Shown here piece by piece: positions 18,937-28,962 of a stretch of 50,464 nucleotides of DNA. The stretch spans positions 1 to 50,464 of the forward strand of contig CANJSX010000001.1 of the NCBI GenBank assembly GCA_947477055.1, written 5' to 3'. Made by a program: the position numbers and the translations under genes. Source of the DNA: Sphingomonadaceae bacterium. Its GTDB lineage: Bacteria > Pseudomonadota > Alphaproteobacteria > Sphingomonadales > Sphingomonadaceae. A model generated the notes under the pieces. That model saw only the letters and a list, made by a program, of their open reading frames with translations, was not told the origin of the DNA and ran no database searches. Position 1 is the stretch's first letter. Every line of letters begins with the position of its first letter.

Positions 18937-21900
18937 TTAGAACTCAACCCCGAACTGGAAGCGGAAGTAGCGCGGCTGCTGGAAGCCCAGCGGCGTACCA
19001 TAGTCACCACGCGGGCGGCCGTTGGTCTGGGTGCCCAGTTCGCGCAGGTCGGTCACGCCGTGACGGTTGAACACGTTGAACACGTCGACGCGGAAGGTGG
19101 CGTTCACAAGTTCGGTCGGGAACTTGATAATCGCCGAGACGTTCGTGAAGATGGTCCAGTCGGACTTCAGCACGCTGCCGCGCGGCGTCAGCTTCAACGT
19201 GGTAGCAGTCGCGGTGTTGGTCGATGCGAAGGCAGGATTGGTGATGATCTTGCCCGAAGCATCGACGTTGCAATAGAAGCCTGCCGCACCATAGGCGCCC
19301 GCGAAGGCATCGACCGAAACCGGTACGCGGCCGATGCAACCGAACTTGCGCGGCGCGTTCGCCTGGCTCTGCACACCCAGCGTCAGCCAGTTGGTCGGTG
19401 CATAGGAACCGAACATCTTGAACTGATGCGTCGCGTCGCCCGGCAGCGGGCCATAAGTACCGTTGGTCAGGCCCGGCTGGTCGAAGGCAGTGGTCAGGCC
19501 CGAGTCGGTCTGGCCGTTGTCCGAGCGGATGCCGCCTTCGATGTTACCACGAGACTGCGACCAGGTGTACGAAGCACTCAAGCCCCAGGTGCCGTCGAAT
19601 TCACGATCGAAGGTCGCAGTCACCGCCTTGTAGGTACGCTCAGCCTTCGGATAGCCGAGCTGCGCTGCGGTGAAGTTGACCGTGCGGTACTTCGTTTCGC
19701 CCGGGATATACTCCTGCAGCTGGATCGTCGCATCGCGGCCGGGGTTGGCGAGCACGTACTGGTGGAAGCCAGTCCAGAGGCTCGAGCAGCCCGACAGCTT
19801 GTTGGCGGTGCAGTAGTCGTTGACCGCCTTGTCGATTGCGATGTCTTCCAGCGAGTCGTTCAGCTTGCGGTACTGGCCGAACAGACCCACGCGGATCCGT
19901 TCGCCGAGCTGCTGTTCGACACCGAACACGAACTCGTCGACCGACTGCGGCTTGAGGCTTTGCGAGACCAGCGCGCTCGGATCGGCAGCAGTGCCGTCTG
20001 AAATCACGTCGCAATTCAGTGCGCTGGAGTTCGGGCACTTCACCGCGTCGGCAAAGCCCACAACCCCCGCGCCCAGGATCGGGCTGCCATTGGGATTCAC
20101 GCCTGTGACCAGGTTGTAGGTGGTGTAGTCAAGCTCGGCACCCGCCAGGCGGATGTTGGTGTTGGCAACGATCGGCAGGAAGTAGCGCCCGAACGAGCCG
20201 TAGATCTTCGTCCGCTTGTCCCCGGTCGGATCGAAAGTGAACGACAGGCGCGGAGCCCATTGATCTCCCGACTTGTAGTAGTTGGCACCGCTGGCTGTGT
20301 CGTTAGCGAAGCGATCGTTGCGCACACCCAGGTTCAGGGTCAGGCGATTGTCGAACAGCGACCACGCATCCTGGATGTAGAACGCTTCGTTGCGCGACTC
20401 GAACGTCCCGCCCACGGTCCGCGTCCGCCCGGTTACGTACAGAGTGTTGGGTTTCGTTACATAAACGTCGCCCGACGGCCCCGAGTTCGTGTAGACCCAG
20501 GTTACGTTCCCGGTGTAGGCATCGTTGGCAACCGATGTCAGGTTTTCGCGGTCGTAGCCGGCTTTGATGTGGTGTTCGCCGAAGGCGTTGATATAAAGTT
20601 CGGCGTCCGCGCGATAAAATTCGCGCTTGTCGAGGTTGGTCTGGATCAGGTTGATCGCGTTGCCGGACAGTGCGGGCGAGAAGTTGCCCGAAGTGTCAGC
20701 AACGTACGGATCGTCCGGAGTGGTCGAGCCAACGATCGAGCGGCGCTTGTTCTGGCCATAGGCGGCTGAAACAGTGAGGAAGCTGGTGAATTCACCGGTG
20801 TAGCGGCCGACGAAGTTTTCACCACCGCCCTGAATCAGCGCAGTGCTCTGATACTTGCCGACGACAGGACCACCGACATCGACACGACTATCGTAACCGC
20901 CACCAGTCGCATCGACGATGCCATAGGAGAACAGTTTGCGATCAAAGCTCGAGTTGAAATAGGTGCCTTCGAGACGGTGACCGTCGAAGGGAATGATGTC
21001 AATCTTGCCGCCGTAATAGGGCGACTGACTCTTGAGCACTTCGCGACGAAGGCCGGTGCTGTAGGGAGGCACTGCAACACCGCTCACCAGCGTGTTCGGG
21101 TTGGCGGTCAGCAGGGTGTCGCCGGTCTTCAGCGAGTTCATCTGGTAGAAACCATAGAAGAACACGCGGTCCTTGATGATCGGCCCGGACAGATGTGCAA
21201 TCGCCTGAATCGTCTCAGTGGTGTCCTGGTCGTTCTGGTTGATCAGAGTGTTGGGCGCATTCTCGTAAGACGCGTCCGGAATATAGTTGAACATCATTCC
21301 GCCGTGGAACTGGTTCGAACCGGACTTGGTGACCGCGTTGACGAACCCACCGGTAAAGCGACCGAATTCGGCGGGGATGCCGCCGTTCTTGACCTCAACC
21401 GTCTGGTAGAATTCGAACGGCACTTCAACCGCGCCCAGGCCCTGGCGGAAGTCGGTGATGTTCAGGCCGTTGACGAAGAAGGCGTTCTCGGAAACCGACG
21501 AACCCGATACCCCGGCGAGGCTACCGAAGGCGGAGTCACCCTGGGTGGCGCCGGGCGTCAGCATGACGATCGAGGTCAGGTCGCGCGAAATAGGAATGCG
21601 GCTGGCGAGTTCGGCGACCGGGATGACGGCGCCGGTGGTGGCGCGATCGAAATCCGACACCTTGATGCGGGCGCCGAGCACGACGATGCCCGTGTCGTTG
21701 GCAGCCTGTGCAGCGGAATCGGGGACAAGCCGGAAGCTGTTGCCGCCCGAAGACTGGGTCAGCGTGACTTTCGAGTCACTGAAGGTGGCAAAACCGTCAG
21801 CGCTCACGGCAAAGGTGTAGCTGCCCTGGGGTAGGGTCGGCACGCGGTAGCCGCCGTTGGAATCAGTGGTGACCGTGCGGACGAAGCCCTGATCGTTCGA

Positions 21901-22092
21901 GGTGATCTCAACGGTAGCATTGGCAATCGGCTGATCGTTGCCATCAACGACACGGCCCGTTGCGGTCACATAGGAGAAATCCTGAGCAAGAGCCGGCGAA
22001 GCGAGCATTGCGCCGGCCAGACCCACGCCAATAGCAGTAATAGCTTGAACAGCAGCACCCGCCCGAAGAGCGGTAAGAGTGGTTTTTTTCAC
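18937..22092 (-). CDS. TonB-dependent receptor (Oar-like, N-terminal carboxypeptidase-regulatory domain)
   Basis: GTG start after GGAAAAGGGA, signal peptide, plug (ENAFFVNGLNIT...AEFGRFTGG..NAVTKSG), NLGVRND, DVFNVFN, C-terminal Phe. Confidence 0.93.
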   Translation of the reverse strand: MKKTTLTALRAGAAVQAITAIGVGLAGAMLASPALAQDFSYVTATGRVVDGNDQPIANATVEITSNDQGFVRTVTTDSNGGYRVPTLPQGSYTFAVSADGFATFSDSKVTLTQSSGGNSFRLVPDSAAQAANDTGIVVLGARIKVSDFDRATTGAVIPVAELASRIPISRDLTSIVMLTPGATQGDSAFGSLAGVSGSSVSENAFFVNGLNITDFRQGLGAVEVPFEFYQTVEVKNGGIPAEFGRFTGGFVNAVTKSGSNQFHGGMMFNYIPDASYENAPNTLINQNDQDTTETIQAIAHLSGPIIKDRVFFYGFYQMNSLKTGDTLLTANPNTLVSGVAVPPYSTGLRREVLKSQSPYYGGKIDIIPFDGHRLEGTYFNSSFDRKLFSYGIVDATGGGYDSRVDVGGPVVGKYQSTALIQGGGENFVGRYTGEFTSFLTVSAAYGQNKRRSIVGSTTPDDPYVADTSGNFSPALSGNAINLIQTNLDKREFYRADAELYINAFGEHHIKAGYDRENLTSVANDAYTGNVTWVYTNSGPSGDVYVTKPNTLYVTGRTRTVGGTFESRNEAFYIQDAWSLFDNRLTLNLGVRNDRFANDTASGANYYKSGDQWAPRLSFTFDPTGDKRTKIYGSFGRYFLPIVANTNIRLAGAELDYTTYNLVTGVNPNGSPILGAGVVGFADAVKCPNSSALNCDVISDGTAADPSALVSQSLKPQSVDEFVFGVEQQLGERIRVGLFGQYRKLNDSLEDIAIDKAVNDYCTANKLSGCSSLWTGFHQYVLANPGRDATIQLQEYIPGETKYRTVNFTAAQLGYPKAERTYKAVTATFDREFDGTWGLSASYTWSQSRGNIEGGIRSDNGQTDSGLTTAFDQPGLTNGTYGPLPGDATHQFKMFGSYAPTNWLTLGVQSQANAPRKFGCIGRVPVSVDAFAGAYGAAGFYCNVDASGKIITNPAFASTNTATATTLKLTPRGSVLKSDWTIFTNVSAIIKFPTELVNATFRVDVFNVFNRHGVTDLRELGTQTNGRPRGDYGTPLGFQQPRYFRFQFGVEF

Positions 22093-22463
22093 GTTCCAGT
22101 CCCTTTTCCCAATGGAGCTGCCTGGAATGGAGCAACCCCATACGCCTTTCCGACCTGAGGAACCGACTTCGTGCATTGCCCCCACGGACTCGTCGCACGT
22201 TGGCCACAGATTCGGAAAAAGATGAGTTTAATTGGCTGAAAGCCCGACCTACGCCAAGGCAATTGACAGGCATGTCAGCACAAAATCAGCGGGATGTAAC
22301 AAAACAGCCACACAGTTTCGCGCGCGCGAAACGGCGAAATCCCGCCATTTTTCTAGCGTTTTGTAATATTGTTACAATTGTTACCGGTCCAATTGACGTA
22401 TCATTTCAGCAAATCGACCGAGTGCATCGCGATATGTGCATGTGCAACATCGGGTTTACAACG

Positions 22464-23333
22464 TCACGGCATTGCCCCGGCCAGCAGCGGCGGATCGAGC
22501 CGGGCATCACGCCACTTGATGCTCCAGTGCAGATGTGGCCCGCTGGCGCGCCCGGTCATGCCGATGCGGCCGATCACCTGGCCCTGACGGACCACGTCCC
22601 CCGCCTTCACCAGCAGCTGCGAGCAATGCAGGAAGGCGCTGTTCAGCCCCATCCCGTGGTCGATCATCAGCAGGTTGCCTTCGAGCGTGAAGGGGCTTTC
22701 CGCCGCCAGGATCACGACGCCGTCGGCCGGGGCAACGAACGGCGTGCCGGACTGGCCGGTGCTGATGTCGATGCCTGAGTGATAGCTGCCCGGCACGCCC
22801 TGGTAGATGCGCTGCGATCCGAAACGCCCAGAGATCCTGCCCCGGACCGGCCACACGAGCCGCTGACGCCAACCCTCGCTATGCGAATCGATCGCACGCG
22901 CGGCGGCAATCCGCGCGACCTCGGCGCTGCGCCGGCGGAGGAACTCGGCCGGCGGCGTGGCGGACGGGCGCAGCGGCACCGCGATGCGTTCGATCTGCCA
23001 GGCGCGCGGGGCGATCGCAAGTTTCGTGGTGACGGTCCGGCCGTCGGTGAGGGTGGCCTCAAGTAAGCCGTCCGGCCCGGCGTCGCGATCGAAGGCGATG
23101 AAGAAGCGGCGCTCGGCATCGAGCGGCACCGAGACGCCGCCCAACCGCACCTCACCCGCGCCCGCAGGTGCGGTCCCGCGCAGCCAGCCGCCCTGGGTCT
23201 GCTGACCGACCAGCTCGAAGCCGGTCGCGCCCTGGACTGCGTCCCCCGAGGCGGCGGGATAGGACGCGGCAATGCCCGGCAATGCCGCAAGCGCGAGAAG
23301 TGCGAGGCAGCGGCCCGCGATCGAAAGCGTCAT
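22464..23333 (-). CDS. M23-family metallopeptidase
   Basis: YHSGID, IDHG, GMTGRASGPHLHW. Confidence 0.92.
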   Translation of the reverse strand: MTLSIAGRCLALLALAALPGIAASYPAASGDAVQGATGFELVGQQTQGGWLRGTAPAGAGEVRLGGVSVPLDAERRFFIAFDRDAGPDGLLEATLTDGRTVTTKLAIAPRAWQIERIAVPLRPSATPPAEFLRRRSAEVARIAAARAIDSHSEGWRQRLVWPVRGRISGRFGSQRIYQGVPGSYHSGIDISTGQSGTPFVAPADGVVILAAESPFTLEGNLLMIDHGMGLNSAFLHCSQLLVKAGDVVRQGQVIGRIGMTGRASGPHLHWSIKWRDARLDPPLLAGAMP

Positions 23334-23533
23334 GCCTGGCCTTGCGCGCGCCGCAGTGCGGCCTCCGCACTGGCATAGGCTTCCTGCAGCGGTACGCTCC
23401 AGTATCGCAGGGTGGCCAGTTCGACCCGCTCGCCGGTCACCGCGCAGGTCACGAAGCTGCCAGCGGCGAGCACGCGAAAGCCGTTGGCTTCATAACGCAG
23501 CACGGCTGCACGATCGGAGGAGTTCATCAGCAT
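23330..23533 (-). CDS. DUF2093-family small protein
   Basis: GSFVTCAVTG..V.L..LRYWSV..QEAYAS motif. Confidence 0.85.
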   Translation of the reverse strand: MLMNSSDRAAVLRYEANGFRVLAAGSFVTCAVTGERVELATLRYWSVPLQEAYASAEAALRRAQGQA

Positions 23534-23559
23534 CGCGCCAACCTAGCGCCAGCCGCGGC

Positions 23560-25014
23560 TCAAAGCAATTTGCCCTGTTCCGGCGGCGCTGCGCTGCCCG
23601 CTTTTCGCGGCGCGGCGGGGCGGCTGCCGGCTGGCACCACACCCAGCTCGCCATCGTGGAAGCGCAGGGTCAGCGCCGACTCGGTCGCTGCCGCCGCCTT
23701 GCTGGTCAGCGTGCGCCCATCGGCAGACAGGACCTGCACATAGCCGCGCTCCAGCACACGGTATGGATTGAGCGAGGCCATGATCCGCGCCAGCGAATCG
23801 AGCCGCTCACTTGCTGCCGCGATCCGGGTCCCGACCAGCGTGGGAGCGAGCCGGGTCGCCGCCAGCCGATCACGCGAACGCTCGACCCGCGCGCGCAACA
23901 GCGGCGCGGAGAGGCGCCCGGCCTGTTGCAACAGCGCGGTGCGGGCGGTGGCAGTGCGGTCAATCAGGCCCCGCCGCAGCCGCTCGGCCAGTTCATCCAG
24001 CCGCTGCATCTGCGGGCTGAGCAGTGCTTGCGGCGCGGGCAGGCGCTGGACTCGGCCCTCCAACCGCTCGCGCCCGAGCTGGAGCGGGCGGACCACCGCG
24101 CGGCGCTGGCGCAGGCCGAGTTCGGCCAGTTGCCCGAGCAATTCCTCTCGCACCGGCACCGCCATCTCGGCGGCGGCGGTCGGCGTTGGCGCGCGGCGGT
24201 CGGCGGCGAAGTCGGCCAGCGTCGTGTCGGTCTCATGTCCGACCGCGGAAATGACCGGGATCGAACACTCGGCGATGGCGCGGACCACCACTTCCTCGTT
24301 GAAGGCCCACAGGTCCTCGATCGAGCCGCCGCCCCGGGCGACGATCACCAGGTCCGGACGCGGCACCGCTCCGCCCGGCGCCAGCGCAGAAAAGCCGCGC
24401 ACCGCCGCCGCTACCTGCTCGGCTGCGCCCTGGCCCTGCACCAGCACCGGCCAGACCAGCACATGGGTGGGGAAACGGTCGGCGAGGCGGTGGAGGATGT
24501 CGCGGATCACCGCTCCGGTGGTCGAGGTGACCACCCCGATCACGCGCGGCAGGAACGGCAGGGCGCGCTTGCGCTCCGTCGCGAACAGCCCCTCCGCCTC
24601 GAGCCGCGCCTTGGTTTTGGCCAGCAGCGCGAGCAGCGCGCCCTCGCCAGCAATCTCCATCCGCTCGACCACCATCTGGTAATTCGAGCGGCCGGGATAG
24701 GTGGTGAGCTTGCCGGTGGCGATCACCTCCAGCCCGTCCTCCGGCTGGAAGGCCAGCCGCGAGACGGTGCCGCGCCACATCACGGCGTCGAGCCGCGCAG
24801 CCTCGTCCTTGAGCGCGAGGTAGAGATGGCCCGAGGCGGCGCGCTTCACCCCCGAAAGCTCGCCCCGCACCCGCACGAAACCGAAGCGATCCTCGACCGT
24901 GCGCTTCAGCAATGCGGAAATCTCGCTCACCGAGAGCGCGGCAGCGTTGTCCCCACCGGACTCCTTCGCTACCAGCCCGGCGGAGAGATCATCTTCTTCA
25001 GGGGACGGCGGCAT
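23560..25014 (-). CDS. xseA: Exodeoxyribonuclease VII large subunit
   Basis: [57 protein letters not shown]. Confidence 0.96.
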   Translation of the reverse strand: MPPSPEEDDLSAGLVAKESGGDNAAALSVSEISALLKRTVEDRFGFVRVRGELSGVKRAASGHLYLALKDEAARLDAVMWRGTVSRLAFQPEDGLEVIATGKLTTYPGRSNYQMVVERMEIAGEGALLALLAKTKARLEAEGLFATERKRALPFLPRVIGVVTSTTGAVIRDILHRLADRFPTHVLVWPVLVQGQGAAEQVAAAVRGFSALAPGGAVPRPDLVIVARGGGSIEDLWAFNEEVVVRAIAECSIPVISAVGHETDTTLADFAADRRAPTPTAAAEMAVPVREELLGQLAELGLRQRRAVVRPLQLGRERLEGRVQRLPAPQALLSPQMQRLDELAERLRRGLIDRTATARTALLQQAGRLSAPLLRARVERSRDRLAATRLAPTLVGTRIAAASERLDSLARIMASLNPYRVLERGYVQVLSADGRTLTSKAAAATESALTLRFHDGELGVVPAGSRPAAPRKAGSAAPPEQGKLL

Positions 25015-26290
25015 GAATATCCTGCTTCTGGGATCGGGCGGGCGCGAACATGCGCTGGCCTGGAAGCTGGCGCAATCCCGCCTGTGCGACAAACTTTATG
25101 CCGCACCCGGAAATCCGGGGGTGGCCCGGTTCGCCGAGCTGGTAGCGCTCGACGCAGGTGACCACGACGCGGTTTGCCGCTTCTGCGAGGGGCAGCGCAT
25201 CGGCCTGGTGGTGATCGGCCCCGAAGGTCCGCTGGTCGACGGGCTGGCCGACAGCTTGCGCGACGCCGGCGTGCCGACCTTCGGGCCGGGCCGGGCCGCC
25301 GCCCAGCTTGAGGGTTCCAAGGGCTTCACCAAGGACCTATGCGCCCGGGCCAATATCCCGACCGGCGGCTATGTCCGGGTCGACAACGAGGCGGACGGCC
25401 TCGCCGCGCTGGCCCGCTTCGGGGCGCCAGTGGTGGTCAAGGCCGATGGCCTCGCCGCCGGCAAGGGCGTGACCGTGGCGATGACCATGCCCGAGGCCGA
25501 GGAAGCGATCCGCGAGATCTTCGCCGGGCGCTTCGGAGAAGCCGGGGCCGAGGCGGTGATCGAGGAATTCCTTGACGGCGAGGAGGCGAGCTTCTTCGCG
25601 CTGACCGACGGGCACACCATCGTCCCTTTCGCCTCGGCGCAAGACCACAAGCGCGTCGGCGACGGCGATACCGGCCCCAACACCGGCGGCATGGGCGCCT
25701 ACAGTCCGGCCCGGGTGCTGACCCCGGCGCTCGAGGCCGAAGTGATGACCCGGATCATCGCCCCGACGGTCAAGACGCTGGCCGACGAGGGGATGCCCTA
25801 CACCGGCGTGCTGTTCCTTGGCCTGATGCTCACCCGACAGGGCCCCCAGCTGATCGAATACAACTGCCGGTACGGCGATCCCGAATGCCAGGTGATGATG
25901 CTGCGGCTCGAATCCGATCTCGGCGAGCTGCTGTTCGCCTGCGCCGACAACCGCCTCGGCGCCCTGCCCCCGCCTCGCTTCTCGGCCGATACGGCGCTGA
26001 CCGTGGTGATGGCCGCCGAGGGCTACCCCGGCACACCGAAGCAGGGCGGGAGCATCGCCGGGATCGGGCAGGCCGAAGCGGGCGGGGCGCTGGTGTTCCA
26101 CGCCGGCACTGCACTGAAAGATGGCCAACTTGTCGCGAGCGGCGGCCGGGTGCTCAATGTCACCGCAAGGGGAACCAGCGTGAGCGAGGCTCAGACCCGG
26201 GCCTATGCCGCAGTCGACGCGATCGATTTTCCCGAGGGCTTCTGCCGGCGCGACATCGGCTGGCGGGAAGTGGTGCGGGAGCAGGGATAA
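25013..26290 (+). CDS. purD: Phosphoribosylamine-glycine ligase
   Basis: [57 protein letters not shown]. Confidence 0.98.
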   Translation: MNILLLGSGGREHALAWKLAQSRLCDKLYAAPGNPGVARFAELVALDAGDHDAVCRFCEGQRIGLVVIGPEGPLVDGLADSLRDAGVPTFGPGRAAAQLEGSKGFTKDLCARANIPTGGYVRVDNEADGLAALARFGAPVVVKADGLAAGKGVTVAMTMPEAEEAIREIFAGRFGEAGAEAVIEEFLDGEEASFFALTDGHTIVPFASAQDHKRVGDGDTGPNTGGMGAYSPARVLTPALEAEVMTRIIAPTVKTLADEGMPYTGVLFLGLMLTRQGPQLIEYNCRYGDPECQVMMLRLESDLGELLFACADNRLGALPPPRFSADTALTVVMAAEGYPGTPKQGGSIAGIGQAEAGGALVFHAGTALKDGQLVASGGRVLNVTARGTSVSEAQTRAYAAVDAIDFPEGFCRRDIGWREVVREQG

Positions 26291-26331
26291 CCTCAAATTG
26301 CAGCTGGCCGCTGCTTGAGATCGCTGTTAAT

Positions 26332-26346
26332 GTTCCCTATTCGTTC
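26332..26346 (+). promoter_or_regulatory. Alphaproteobacterial LexA (SOS) box
   Basis: GTTC-CCTATTC-GTTC is a perfect GTTC-N7-GTTC, 20 nt upstream of ATG 26367. Confidence 0.8.
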
Positions 26347-26366
26347 GATTCGGCGCAGGGGTATGA

Positions 26367-27388
26367 ATGTCAGATCTCGAACCAGTCCGCCTTCAGGAGG
26401 ATGAGGCTACGGGTGATCGTTTTCTCGTCTACGGCGACGGGACGGGCATTCATGTCGAGGCGAGCTACATCGGCGACGAGCTGTGGATGACCCAAGCACA
26501 AATTGCCGCGCTTTTTGGACGTGATCGCTCAACAATTACAAAACATATCAACAATATAATAGAGGATGGCGAACTCGAGGAAGCGACTTCTGTGCAAAAA
26601 TTGCACGGAAGTCTCGGCCGGCCGGCCGTTCTCTACAGCCTCGATATGGTAATCTCGGTTGGCTACAGGGTTGCGTCGAAGCAGGCGACCCTGTTCCGGA
26701 GGTGGGCAACCGACAAACTGGTACAGTTTGCCACCAAGGGCTTCGTGATCGACGCACCGCGCCTGAAGACCCCCGACTATCGCGACCGGATTGCCGAACT
26801 CAAGGAGATCATCCGGGACATTCGCTCGGACGAAGCGAATGTCTATCGTGAACTCCGGGCAATCTGCGCCATGTGCCAAGACTATGATAGCCAGTCCGAA
26901 TCCTGGCAAACCTTCTATCGCAACGCCCAGGCCAAGCTGATCTACGCAGTCTGCTCTGACACTCCCTCAGGGATTTTGCGTGCAAGAGCCGATGCGGACA
27001 AGCCGAACATGGGGCTTACCAACTGGCCCAACACGAACATTCGCATGGCCGATGTCTCGGTGTAAAAAGCTACTTAGGCGATGCCGAGATCAAGGAGCTC
27101 AATCGTCTCACCGTGATCCTTCTCGACATCTTCGAGGATCAGATGGACATGGACCGCCTCAAGATGTTGCAGGAAGCATCGCAATTGCTTGATGGGCAAC
27201 TCAAGAACCTCGGTCGAGGCGTGCTAAGCACCGGCGGAACGATATCGATGACCGACGCCAAACGTCATGCCGAGGACGAGTGTGGTAAGTTCAAGGCGCG
27301 GCAGAAACAACTCCGTCACGAACAGGCTGATCGCGCAATCGCTGAAATCAAGCACGAACAAGACAGCTTGCCAAAACGGCGACGATAA
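26367..27388 (+). pseudogene. rhuM: RhuM-family protein with 1-bp frameshift at about 27063
   Basis: LWMTQAQIAALFG..RSTITKHINNI...YSLDMVISVGYRV....ATLFRRWAT....F..KGFVID. The second frame resumes YLGDAEIKELNRL...DIFEDQ. Adding one base restores a 340-aa ORF. Confidence 0.85.
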
Positions 27389-27419
27389 ACGGCGTCCAGT
27401 CGTCGCGCTCCGCGCGCGC

Positions 27420-28403
27420 TCACGCCACCAACTCCCGCAGGTTAGCCTCGGGCCTTGCGCCATAATGCGAAATGTTCTCGGCGGCGCAGATCGCGCCCAG
27501 CTTGAGGCACGCGTCCAGCGATCGACAGTTGACGTGGCCGAACAGGAAGCCGGCGGCGAAAAGGTCGCCGGCGCCAGTGGTATCGACCACCCGTGCGACG
27601 GGTTCGGCCGGGACTTCGGCCGCCGCGCCGCCGCGCACCGCGACCGCGCCTTGTTCGCTGCGGGTGACTACCAGCGTCGGGACCTTGTGCTTCAACGCGG
27701 CGATGCCGTCGTGGAAGTCCTCGCAGCCGGTCAGCGCGGCCAGTTCGACATGGTTGGCGAAGAGGATGTCGATTGCCCCGGCATCGATCAGTGCGCGGAA
27801 ATCGTCGCCATGGCGGGCGATGACGAAGGCGTCCGACAGGGTGAAGGCGACTTCCCGCCCAGCCTCGCGCGCGGCGGAAATCGCCCGGCGCATCGCGGCT
27901 CGGGGCTCTTCCGGGTCCCACAGATAGCCTTCGAGATAGAGCACCTTCGCCGCCGCGATCTGGGCTTCGTCCAGCGCTTCGGGGGGTAGGAACTGCGAGG
28001 CGCCGAGATAGGTGTTCATCGTCCGCTGCCCATCGGGGGTAACGAAGATCAGGCAGCGCGCGGTGGGCGGTTCGCCGACCCGGGCAGGCGCCTTGAAGGC
28101 GATGCCGGCGGCGCGGATATCATGCGCGAAAACCTCGCCCAGCTGGTCGTCCGCGACCTGGCCGATGAAGGCGCAGTTTGCACCCAGCGCTGCCAGACCG
28201 GCCAGCGTATTCGCCGCTGAACCGCCCGAAATCTCACGCGCAGGGCCCATCGCCTCGTAAAGCGCATGGGCCTGATCGGTATCGATCAGCGTCATGCCGC
28301 CGCGGGTCATCCCCAGCGCCTCGATCTGCGTATCGTCGCACGGCGCCATGACATCGACGATGGCGTTGCCGATGGCGATGACGTCGATGGTGGGCGCGGT
28401 CAT
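27420..28403 (-). CDS. PfkB-family kinase (adenosine kinase-like)
   Basis: GNAIVD, SGGSAANT, QRTMNTYLGA, YLEGYLWD, VDTTGAGDLFAAG. Confidence 0.93.
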   Translation of the reverse strand: MTAPTIDVIAIGNAIVDVMAPCDDTQIEALGMTRGGMTLIDTDQAHALYEAMGPAREISGGSAANTLAGLAALGANCAFIGQVADDQLGEVFAHDIRAAGIAFKAPARVGEPPTARCLIFVTPDGQRTMNTYLGASQFLPPEALDEAQIAAAKVLYLEGYLWDPEEPRAAMRRAISAAREAGREVAFTLSDAFVIARHGDDFRALIDAGAIDILFANHVELAALTGCEDFHDGIAALKHKVPTLVVTRSEQGAVAVRGGAAAEVPAEPVARVVDTTGAGDLFAAGFLFGHVNCRSLDACLKLGAICAAENISHYGARPEANLRELVA

Positions 28404-28517
28404 GTCGGAAACCTCTGCTGCGAAGCGGACTGCGAGCGCGCCTAGCCCTCACTCCATCGCAGGGCAAGGGCATGGGGCGTTGACAGCAGCGGCGCGGCGG
28501 GCGATTCGCGCCATCCA

Positions 28518-28955
28518 ATGAGCATCCGGATTTCCCTTGCCTGCCTGTCGCTGGCGCTGCTGGCCGGCTGCGGCGGTTCTGCCGGCAAACCGCCGGTAAA
28601 AAGCGTCACCCCGCCACCCCGCACCGCACCGCGTGCCGTGCCGCGTACTGTAGCACGCCCGCCCGCCATCCGCCCGCCGCCGCCTGCCCAGGTCCTCGCG
28701 CTGCCGGGGCTTGAGGGCGTGATTGGCTCAAGCTCGGCGGATCTGGCCCGCCAGTTCGGCCCGGCTCGGCTCGATGTGTGGGAGGGCGATGCGCGCAAGT
28801 TGCAGTTTTCTGGCACGGCCTGCGTGCTCGACGTGTATCTTTATCCGGCCGCGCCGGGTGCCGAGCCCAAGGCCACCTATGTCGATGCTCGCCGCCCGAG
28901 CGACGGCAAGGATGTCGATCGCGTCGCCTGTATCACTGCCTTAAGGGCACGTTAG
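28518..28955 (+). CDS. Hypothetical lipoprotein
   Basis: Lipobox LLAGC, Pro-rich linker, small C-terminal domain (FG.ARLDV.EGDARKLQF...CVLDVYLYP). Confidence 0.8.
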   Translation: MSIRISLACLSLALLAGCGGSAGKPPVKSVTPPPRTAPRAVPRTVARPPAIRPPPPAQVLALPGLEGVIGSSSADLARQFGPARLDVWEGDARKLQFSGTACVLDVYLYPAAPGAEPKATYVDARRPSDGKDVDRVACITALRAR

Positions 28956-28962
28956 CGCCGCA

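Noticed and set aside
23272-25161. 629-aa plus-strand ORF
   Set aside because: Antisense to xseA, Arg/Gly-rich, no domain signal.
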